A stretch of 41,479 nucleotides of DNA from Klebsormidium nitens (taxonomy: Eukaryota; Plantae; Klebsormidiophyceae): NCBI GenBank assembly GCA_000708835.1, contig DF237664.1, positions 1 to 41,479 of the forward strand. The letters run 5' to 3'. The translations under genes were made by a program, and so were the position numbers. The notes beneath the pieces are model-generated. The model saw nothing but the letters and a program-made list of their open reading frames with translations. It was not told the origin of the DNA and searched no databases. This document shows, one piece after another, positions 22,144 to 33,100 of this stretch (within the stretch, counting starts at the first letter, position 1; each line of letters starts with the position of its first letter).

Positions 22144-25100
22144 ATGCAGGCTTTGCGCAGGAGTCTGCATTCGTCCCTTCTTCGACAGGCGGACGTAAGC
22201 GTAGCAAAACTCACTTCGTTTTGCGGCTTAGATCCCGCCAGATCCTTGAGAGCGTGATTGCTTTTTTGCCGGCCAATCCTCAGCGGTCTTGTATATGTTA
22301 TTGTCTTGCCATGCTCTGCAGCGATTGGCTAAAGGGTTTTCTTGTGGCATCTACGAGCTGCTTGAATCCATGTATCTTTGCCAACGACATTAAAAGCCTT
22401 TTGTGCTTTCAATTCAGGGCATACTTAATTCTCAGCCCGCTCATTTCTCTGTTGGCAGATCTCTGGTAAAGGTGCACCTGCCATTGGCGCAGCGTGGTCG
22501 TCTTTGAGGAAATATGCATCAACCCCGGCGGACACGAAGGTGCTTGCGTTTCCTCAACTTTTGATGAAGGTTTCTGGTGTGTCGATCGTATCGGAGTCAA
22601 TGCTAGGGCATGAACCATGCCTCTGAGCAATGCATCTCAGCAAGTCCTCATGGGGCTCGTCGATCGCAGCCAATTGGCAGCTACTAGGTGTGGAGAGCAG
22701 CACCATGTGCTGTGCATGTTTGATCATATTGCTTAGGAGGGCAGACTATCTGCAATTGCCGCCGTTCTTGCGTTCACCAACCTGTCGGGGTTTTGTCATT
22801 CACTCAAACATGATGTGATTTCACAGATGACGGTTCGTGAGGGGCTGAATTCAGCCCTCGATGAGGAGATGGCCTATGATGACAAGGTTTTCATTATTGG
22901 GGAAGAGGTTGGTGAATACCAGGGCGCTTACAAGGTGAGTACCTTAGACGTCTTGTCGACTTAAATTCCAGGAGAATATCAGTCAGCTTTGTCTTTGTTT
23001 GGAGCAACAACAAAGCTGAATGATACAATGACAAAGCTGAGCGATGCAAGGAGGTCTGATGGCCGCGTTCTACGATCTAGTCCGCGTCGAGATTCTGTCC
23101 TCAATGGAATTCACAGCATTGAGCGCTACTCTGCCCACTTTCAATCATTGAGCGTGTGATCCTACTTTGTCTTACTTTCCACCATCGGATGCACTCATAG
23201 AATTACCCATGATTGGCATTGTGCAGATTACCAAGGGCCTCCTTCAAAAGTATGGCCCAGAAAGAGTGCGGGACACTCCAATCACGGAGGTAAGGAAGTG
23301 GATCATCGCATTTTCAAAAATGGGATAGTAAACTTGTCGCAAAACTGCATGGACGATACGTGAGAGCAGTACGAAGAGCCTTTTGAGGACGAGCCCCCTC
23401 GTCCTGACCTGCCCGCGAAGTAGTCTACACGGCAAAATCTTGATCTCCTTGGGCAGGCATTGGTACTCAAACTTCCCCAGAGAACCTCAGTAGATCTGCA
23501 GAGCAATAAAAGCCACTTGCATAGGATCACTGCAACCGCTGGCTTAGCCTGCAACTTCAGCAAGGGCATCAGGTTTCGCACTTTTTGAAATTTGCAGAAT
23601 CAGCCAGCTCTGATGCTTGTAGTGTGTAGAATAACTGTACTGTGTCTTCTCCTCTGTGCAGGCTGGATTTACGGGACTAGGTGTGGGAGCCGCCTTCTAC
23701 GGGCTGAAGCCAATTGTGGAGTTTATGACGTTCAACTTCGCCATGCAGGTAAGCCGCTTGTACTTTTTGCTTAAGTACCCACTGGCTCTTTGGCTTCTTC
23801 TGCACGGACCTCTCTCTGAAGTACGCTGCAGTCTTCACTTTTCAGAGCGGCCAGTGATGAATCCAGACTGGCAATCTTTGACTAGACAACTTCGGAAAGA
23901 GGTATCAGACAAGGTCCCCTGTGGTGCCCAAATGTTTCCTCATGGATACAAAGGAATAAAAGTCTGCAGGAATCTTTTTCTTGCCGAGAAAGGGATCGTC
24001 GGCAATATCGAGAAGGCTTTCTTGACCTTGGTTTAGCCAAACCGCTTGAACTTGGACGTTTGATTAGATTGGGGCATATCCAGATCGGAAGTTTTCCGCT
24101 CCCTTCTAAACCTTGGGACCTTCGTTGCAGGCGATTGACCACATCATCAACTCTGCGGCCAAGAGCCACTACATGTCCGGGGGGCAGCTGACGGTGCCAA
24201 TTGTGTTCCGGGGTCCTAACGGCGCGGCGGCCGGTGTTGCAGCCCAGCACTCACAGGTAAGCTCTTATCGATACTCTGATTATTGCGACAAAATGTGTGT
24301 AATCCTGACTTCCTTGTCGCTTTTTATTTTAGGTGTCTATGGCTTTCTAGTCGTGCTGGTGATCTGGCATGCAGAATGACCGTTAGGTTGAAGGCAGACG
24401 CGGCCCTTTGTCTGGGCCTCTCGTACCCGGATTGCTCGACAATCCATATTGAAAACGCCAGGATCGTCCCGCAGTTCTACTGATGTCCACCGGATTATGT
24501 GACCTTTGGCGTGTCTCACTCCATCACTCAATAGCGTCACTATTGCGAGTCTCCCCAGGACAATCAATTATCTGCGAGCACTATCAAAATGCCACTCGAC
24601 CCCGGATCTCAAACGCGTATCTAACATTTGGATCTCAAACGCCAATGTTGCTCCCGTCTGCAGTGTTTCGCCGCCTGGTACGGCAGTTGTCCGGGCCTCA
24701 AAGTGCTGGCCCCTTACTCGGTGGAGGACGCCAGAGGCCTCATGAAAGCCGCCATCCGGGACCCCGACCCAGTGGTCTTCCTGGAGAACGAAATCATGTG
24801 AGCGGTGCTGACATCTGTTCATTCGTCCCTGAGCGTTTGTTGCGTTTGAAAGCGTCGCTTGCAATACATTCTAACGAAGAATGGATATATTGCATCCGAC
24901 AGGATGCCTTCTCAGTTGCCCCGTTTCAAAATATTTGAACGTTGTGGTCACACGTAAGGCTGTGGCATGCACAATACGCCGGACAGCAGCAGGAACGGGG
25001 TGCGGCACGGACAACGAGCGGTCCGTCAAAGAGCCTCGAGCTGCTTGGTCTTTTCGTGTCATTTCGAGCTAACAATGGCTTGTCAAGATAGTTGCTTGCG

Positions 25101-27997
25101 AAACCTGTACGACGCCAGGCCAAGCGAAAAGATTAGTGCCGAAAATGGTACGACGTTGTGCTGGCTGAAACTCGTTTCAGTTCCTGTCGACTTATTGGTC
25201 TCCTCCTTTGCAGGTATGGCGAGTCATTTGCAGTGTCGAAGGAGGTGCTGGATCCGAACTTCTTGCTGCCGATTGGAAAGGCCAAGGTGAGCATTAGGTC
25301 AAAACGACTCAAAACGTCCAGGATTTGGTGTCTTGTAATGTTCGTCTGGGAGTTTGCTGCAGTGGGCGTCTTGACTTTGGCAGTTCTGAGTTCTAGCAAT
25401 TAGATAGGGGCTATTGGAGGTATAGTTGTCACGATCACGACTCAGGTCCTTGGTCGTCTGCACTGTAACGGCACAATCTGTTCGTTTTTGACTGCTTTAG
25501 CCCCTTGGATATAAGTCATACCCTACTCAAGTGCGGGCCATGAACATCCTGCCTTGATTCCGTCTCAAAGTTATGCTTCCATAAACAACAAGCCCCATCA
25601 TTAGTTAGTCATTTACAGGGCAAAGTCAAACCTAAAACCCTAACCCTGACATCCACTTGCTCCGCATCCGAACCCACCCTAACCCCACCCTAACCCCCGC
25701 CCTGACCCCACCCATCTTCCGGGATTGTGCGGACGATGTAAGAAGCTCAGTATTCCCGGAATCGAATTTGATCTCTTCTTTCCTCCGAGGGTTTACTTCT
25801 TCAGACGGCTAGTCCTTGATGCTGACCAAGCACGCTACCCTTGCATCGTACAGATTGAGCGGGAAGGGAGTGACGTCACCCTGGTGTCGTTCTCCAAGAT
25901 GGTCGGGTTCTGCTTGAAGGCAGCGGAGGAGCTGGAGAAGGAGGGGATCAGTGCGGAGGTGGGGCTCACTTTCCCAGGTTCCTTACAGCCGGCTGACTGT
26001 TTCTAAATCGTTTCCACCTTCCTTGCTCTTCCAGAAGTATTCATGGAGCAATGATTCGAGAATCCGGCTTAAGCTATCTGCTCTTCCTTCATGATGCTGC
26101 TCGAGGACTACCTGGAAGGCAGCAGAAAAGACGTGGGCTGCAATTCAAGTGCTGCAATTCCAGCGACTGTGGGGATGTTTTCAGACTCTGTGAAAAGCAA
26201 AACTTCTCTTCGCAATGAACCACGCCTTGTGCAACTAATGTAGCACAGATTCGGTCCTCAGCGACTCCGCAGGACGTCAATCCATCTCAAGTCGTCCAGT
26301 CGTCCAGGCAGGGCTTTTTCTCTGCAGTCGGTGTCACGCACATTCACCACTTCTGAGACAGGGCACTAAGTAACTCCATGCTTGGACGGCCTGATCGCTA
26401 TGCCAGGTGGCGAAACGCCATTGGACCCCCCTGTAACTAGTGCGGGCGGTTTTTGTGCCAGGTGATCAACCTGCGGTCCATCCGCCCGCTTGATCGCGAG
26501 ACCATCAACAAGTCGGTGAGGAAGACGTCGCGGCTGGTGGCCGTCGAGGAGGGCTGGCCCCAGCACGGGGTCGCATCGGAAGTCATGTGAGCCTGCAAAC
26601 TTTTTCTTGACGTTTTAGAGTCTTGGCGTTTGGCGTTTCGGGGGGCCTAAAAGTTCGAAATATGCAAGAAGTGCTGTACTCAGACAAGGGTCTTGCGGGG
26701 CTGTGTTTGAGACGCACTCGAGCATCAAGATAAGACATGCGCTAAAGAGGATTGCAGAGAGCGAAACCCCTGGCGCCTCCATGCCTCGGGTTCCCAGGTT
26801 CGAACAACAAGAGTATGAAGGGTATGATTGCAGGTGACATATGCGCTGACGCTGACGTTCGCGCTGACGCTGTTGTGTGCTGGTGCGCAGCGCGAGCGTG
26901 ACGGAGGACAGCTTTGAGTACCTGGACGCCGCTCCTGAGAGGATCACCGGCGCTGACGTCCCCATGCCGTATGCCGCCAACCTAGAGAAAATGGCGGTGC
27001 CTCAGGTTCGCTTTCTTGTCCATGTCTTCGCTTCGTTTCTTCCTTGGCCCAAAAAAGGAAAAGAACGGCTGATCTTGCTGCTTTTTGGAAGAATCCACTT
27101 TTCCTTGTTCCCTACGGGGAACAAAGTCGTAAGTTGGTTCATATGCTCCTCAAAGGAAATCTGATACTTTGTCGAGACAATCCGGTTTCTCCGTTTTTTC
27201 TTTTGAGGTCCTTAAGGAAGCGAGTTTTCTGTCTGCTGTCAGCAGGGACGCATTCCTTTTCGTGCATACAACAGTTTTCGCCTTCTCCTCGGATAGATAA
27301 GCTGCTGTCCAGGTCGGCTGAACGACTCTGGACACTGACCGTCCCATCTCAGCATGCCGTTCTGCTCCTGGCTGGGTCTTCTGAGTGTCCGGAAGAGTTT
27401 CCCCTGTACTTTTACCCAAACAGCTGACCTGCTGCCCACTTCCCTCACTGCTCGCAAATGTCAATCTTCTCTTAAGCACAAAAAGGGTCTTCATGTTTGC
27501 GGCAGAGCCGCTTTTCTTCTTTCTGTAGCATCATTGGTGCAACATTCTTCGCAAGCCACAACAGTTTCACCGTGAATAGGTTATGCCCTTTTGATCCACC
27601 CGACTGCGTGAATTGCAAGCGAGTAAGGTAGAGCCGCACTCCTCGGATGGTTGGAGGAATCTGTTTGTTTCTGCTGGGCCTTAATGTGTTGAGGCAGAAA
27701 TCGGGAAATAAGGTTCCGGCAAGCAGGAAGGTTGTTTGCCAAAGGTTCACAGGAGACAATACGAAGGCAGCGCTCAGTGGACAGCTGACTTTGCTTCGAA
27801 TCCTTAGGTTTGAGAGAATTCGCCACTATCGGGGTCTGCAGCAAATGTCCCCTTACAAAACAAGACTTATAAGGTCCAAAAGCGAAGCATTTGGCGGGAT
27901 GCCCCAATTGATCCCTTCTTGCCTACAGATTCCTGATATCATCCGGGCGGTCAAGCGGGTCTGCTACAGAGAAGTCCCCCAGCAGAAAGCAGCATGA
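22144..27997 (+). CDS. PDHB: Mitochondrial pyruvate dehydrogenase E1 beta subunit, 12 exons, ~378 aa
   Basis: Exons 22144-22194, 22459-22539, 22827-22934, 23227-23289, 23662-23748, 24131-24256, 24664-24797, 25214-25286, 25854-25958, 26462-26586, 26891-27005 and 27929-27997 join in frame (1137 nt). The presequence ends in RKYAST. Motifs: [89 protein letters not shown]. Confidence 0.96.
25630..25715 (+). repeat. Degenerate telomere-like (AACCCT/AAACCCT) tract in a PDHB intron
   Basis: aaacctaaaaccctaaccctgac...aacccaccctaaccccaccctaacccccgccctgacccc. Confidence 0.6.
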
Positions 27998-30189
27998 GGT
28001 GACCCTTGGTTCCAAGTACACTGACATTATCGTGGTTTAGGTGCTGTGCAAACATTTGCGATAAGAAGTCTAGCCGTTTGTTCCTTCAATTCACACTTAC
28101 TCTGGGGAACCGTATCGCAAAAGGTTGGGACAATCTATTCAACTTTGACCGCTTCCCTCTCAAATGGTCCGAGGGCTATTACTGCACATTTCGAGTGCTC
28201 CAGAGTTTGTGACTCTTGACTCTCGGATCCTTAACCTCGGTTCGTCGCCTGCTCTTGACCCAGTCCCGGAAGCATATCTCGAGTAGCAAGCGGAGCTGCA
28301 GCTGAGCAGTTTTGGAGCTGGACCGTACTTTGCCACTCAGCCTTGTTCGTGCATGCCCCAACGCCTTGTTACATTTCGGTGTAATTCAGACTGCTGCCAC
28401 TACAGATGCCCATCCTCGTAACGTTGGTGGCAGTTGCACCCTGTCCGTGAATTCAGAATAGTTTCTTGCCCTGGAATCTGGAACGGGGATCCTAGGAAGA
28501 GCACTCTTCAATTTGCCAGGCCTTGTGTCCGGGTACATGGGCTTTCCCTGTATTGATACCTGTACAATTGATGCGCTGGGCAAAATGGGCGTCCAGTTGT
28601 GAATCTCGTCCTGGCTAGTTTGATGACACGGATCTGATGGACAGCCACTGCGACATCCGAATTGGCATAGGTATGGACCTTGTACCGACGGTCATGTGAT
28701 GGGTTGCAAGGTTGAGCATGGTGCCCTGCTTAAGGTAGCTAACTACTGTAGCAGCAATCACCGAACAGCATGCTTCTCAGCACAGCGGCCATCTAACTGT
28801 ACACCTGACGCCAATTCTTTAGATCGATTATTCAATTGGTCTATTATTATTGCACGATCTAGCTCTTAGTATAGTACTACTAAAAGCTACATAGCGCTTT
28901 TACAACATGGAATGTACCAGGCGGCGCGCTGCCCCACCCATGCACGATGTCTTTATTTACGGGTTACAAATAAAAGGATATCGTACAACGCAACTTATAT
29001 ATATGCTGTAGTATACATAATCACCTAGCTGCATGACCGACGGTCCATGCTGTGCTAGCGCTGCGGCCACGCATCGTACAGACTCGATGTGGTAAATTCG
29101 ACCAAATTGCAAACCTGTTGGAAGTACATCAACCGGGTACAAGGCAGGGTCATTGAATGCAGAAGTTTAAGTGCGGCCGCCGGTATATCCTAATGTAACG
29201 TCGAAAATGAAAGCTAGACTGCATGCAACTGGCTGATTCAGTGGCCTATTCAAAAGGCTAGCTAGGTCAACAGTTCCCAAATATCAAGTTACACACAATT
29301 GCAGGGTAAATCGGGCCCACAGCCTGTGCATATGCGTTGATCTCCGCACATCCATTTTTTGGATCAGACCCCATGTGCAATACACGTTTATAAGCCCTGG
29401 CCGCCAGCTAGAGATGTAAGTACACAACCCGCATTGCCCGAAACCATGGACATGCCATGCGCACACGTGAGCGTACCATCGCGCTCTTGCCTGTTTTCCT
29501 AGCTTCAATCCTTTGAAACGTGGCCCCTCAAAATCCTTCCATTAATTTCAGCTGTTTAATGCACACTACCAACCTCGACATAGACGGTAGTTGCTCTAGC
29601 AGCAATTTGTTTTGTTCTGACGACGTAAAGATGGTGACAAGTTCACTACACTAAACTTAACGTCGTTCAAATCCTGCTGTACTCGACACAAACATTTGTG
29701 GCCCTCGTACTGCCATGCAGTACTCCAGGCAGATTTTTATTTCGGACAACCCTACTTTGGTACTACCCATGCATGCGCACTAAGCATCCAGATTCATGTT
29801 TACAGGCCCCTTCTGTGCACTAGATTCAAAACGAGATCAGGACACTAACGTCCATGTAACTACCGAGCACGTGAGCATAGCACATCGAGTTTTTGTACGG
29901 GTCCGACTGCTTTTGCTATGGAGGGCCACTTTCTTTCCATGTGGAGTGAGCTAGTACCTGGCCCCGACCACTTTTGTCCCAATTGAACAAGAAATTGAGC
30001 AGAAAACGGCCACTTCTTGTCCGTACTGACCGAAATAGACCGCACATTTCCTCCCACAAACGTCTGAGCCAGTGCGCACACCACAGCCGCATTCGTAATT
30101 CACGTACAGGCATCCACCGCTCGTAATGCAAGCAACACAGATGACCTTTTTCCAAGGTCTCGTTCTCCTTTCCACCGGTTCTCTCCTCG

Positions 30190-33100
30190 TCAGCCCCACT
30201 GCAGGAACGCGGCGATCAACACAAGCGCCACGCACAGCGAGGCCACGGCCCGGCGCATCGGCAGGCCCTGCCACCTGTCAGCCTCCTGGTGCAACACGTG
30301 GAGGCGTGTTCTAAGCTGATTCTGGAGTCGAGAAGGGCTCTTGTGGGCTCTCGGCGCGGCCACGTCGAGGAGTGCGTCCGTCGCGAGGGCGGCGGTCGGA
30401 CTCCATGGACCGGGGTCCATGTCCGGCGGCCCGTTGGACCGGACGCGGAACCGGTACACTGTTCCGGGCGCCAGGTTCTTCGCCTCGAAACTGCGCGCAG
30501 AAAGCGGAGGGAGAGAGTTAGTGACCGGAGTTCCCCGAACCTAGGTTCGGATGACGTGAGACAAAGTCCCTTAGCGTTTGGACGCCGGAGGGAGGATCGG
30601 GCGCAGTTTGTGCATGTGAAGCGAAACCTTACAGGCAGGCGGAACAGAGGGCTTGCATACACGACCAAAAACACGAAAGCATGTACGGACTGTCAAAGGA
30701 GGATTGAATGCCCATCCCGCTTGCCATTCGTCTGAAAGTGGGACTATCGAACCCATTCCGAAGCTCTCGAATCCTCAGACAAGGCCCCGTGCTTGAGACG
30801 AGCTCGCGGCGCAAAGTCAACTTGCCTGAGTCCGCCAACAAACAGATAAGTAAAATAACTTATGCCGGCTATATGCGGTTCTCAACATAGCTCGAATTAC
30901 CCTGCATTCGCAACTAGCGCGCATATGGCGGTTCTGCGTTAACCCTCGGGCTATGTCAGAAATTATATTCCTTTCAAGCTCCACCACCAGTGAGGAATCA
31001 GAGGAAGAATCAGTACTCACCTCGGCTCCTCGCCCTCGTAGATCGTCTTGAACGTTCCCCGCTCCTCCAGCTGCAGCGTGAACCCGGTTCTAGACGAGAA
31101 GCGCTCCTCCTCTTCCTCCGACTCGGGGGCCTCCCACACCAAAACGAGCGCCGACGTGTTTGCGCTCTTTGCGACGGGGGCCAGGGGGGCACGTGGGGGG
31201 GCACGTGGCAGGCTGACGGAAGCGGGGGCGCTCGGCGCGCTGGCGCCTAACTCGCTGATTGCCTGGAGGGAGGAGGCGAGACGGGTAAGAGGGCATTGCG
31301 AAGATGGCAAAGACTCACGAGGGCCTCGCATGAGCCAAGCGAGGTTAAGAGGGACTGGATGAGAAAGAATCTAAGCTTACTTTGAACGGGTTTGAAGGGG
31401 ATTGTAATGGTCAAAGATCAGGAGCGAATGAGAAGAAGAGAGAGACAAGGGTTTTCTGAAAGGGCCGTTCGGGGAACAGCTAGAGCGAGCCGTCATGCAA
31501 GATGTCCTTTGCACTTCCTGTTTGGAGTGTGCAAAAAGGGACATCGGGAGGACGTCACAGGGTGAAAGGGACGTCAGCAACGGTCCGCACTAACCTGTAC
31601 TCGGAAAAGGTAGGTCCGGCCGGGGACGAGCCTAGCGGCCGTGTGCTTGAGCGCGGAGCCTTCGTAGACCTGCCGGAACGCGCCGCCAAGACCGTCGTCC
31701 GCTCCCAGCTTGTAACTGCGGTTGAGCAAGACTTAATAATGAATATGATGTCATCTAATAATATACATTGATAGAGTAGAAACGGACCGTTATGTTTGAG
31801 TCCATCTAGATTACATCTCAAGAGTGCTCGAGTTTCAAGCGGTTTCGGGGTTTAGGCCTTCGATTAACCGGAGGACTTTTTTCGAGGGCGTCGCTCCACG
31901 TGGAGGAGGGGTTTCACAGCATCAGTGAAAGCAGAGGTTCGCAGCGAATCGGAAAGAGAGGTGTTGAGAACAAATTGATGCCAGGGATCAAGTTTGCAAG
32001 CGGGCACCGACACGTTGCGCCTTGGGACACTGCAAACGATGGGTCCCAGCATTCTTCGCGCGCTTCCAGACGATTCCAGACGACAACTCACTCTCCGAGG
32101 AGGCTCCAAGAGAACCGGCGCACGATGTGCTCTGCTATCGCATGAACCTTGTAGCGATGCTCACCTCCTGACTGGCGCCCCGTTGTCCTCTTCCGGGGGG
32201 GTCCACCGCACCCTGACGGTGGTCGGCGTGACAGCAGAGAAGGATGGGGGGGGCGGGGCCCCCGGGGCTGCTGGGTCGGTCCGCACCTGCACGCTTGCGC
32301 TCGGGGGGGATCCCCCGACCGCGTTCCAGGCACGCACTCGAAACCGGTAGGGGCGCCCGGGATCCAAAGTGTCCACCAGGCACCTGAAGCAAGGGAAGAA
32401 GGGAAGGCGGCGGTTTCAGACAACTGGCTTCAAGGGTGTGCCTTCGCCAACCGCGACTCATTTTGCGGGCAGTTCGATTGCATGCCTCCTTGCATCACTC
32501 TCTCGTGAGGAAGATGGTCCCGCCACAGCCGGTGCGTTTAAAATCCTGAACACCTAAATGTGCGCAAGCTTTCGAAAGAAGAAGAAGCTGGGAGTTTGCA
32601 AAAGTCTGAAACTCACTCGCGCACGTTCCCACTGTATACTTCCTCCAACAACTCCTCGCCCTTGCTGGCCGCCGCGGCGGTCAGGTTACGGTCCAAAACC
32701 GAACCTCAAACCTGACGCAAACCCTTGACCCCAAAATAAACTTAACGAGTTTATAAAACCCTAAGACTCACTCGCTTACGTTCCCATTGTATACTTCCTC
32801 CCACAGCTCCTCGCCCTTGCTGGCCGCCGCAAATGCCGCTATGCTGCAGAATCCCAATCACCTAATGTTCACAGTTTCCTAAAACACGAAGAAACAAAAT
32901 GCAAAACACCATGTCAAGAAGCTGGGAGACTGCAAAATCCTAAAACTCATAGAAGCTGGGAGATCGCAAAACCATAAAACTCACTCGCGCACGTTGCCGC
33001 TGTATACCTCCTCCCACAGCTCCTCGCCCTTGCTCGCGGCCGCGACGGCCGCGGCGGTCGAGCCCCCGATGCCGACCATGCGCGCGCCCCGCTGCTTGGA

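Noticed and set aside
22418-22465. Alternative PDHB exon 2 ([16 protein letters not shown])
   Set aside because: It is phase-compatible, but exon 22459-22539 gives a much better mitochondrial presequence ending [11 protein letters not shown]. It was not excluded experimentally.
7134-27997. Biosynthetic gene cluster (ACP + PLP aminotransferase + PDH E1-beta)
   Set aside because: The ACP and E1-beta are ordinary presequence-bearing mitochondrial housekeeping proteins. There is no synthase, no E1-alpha, and an unrelated TM9SF gene lies between them.
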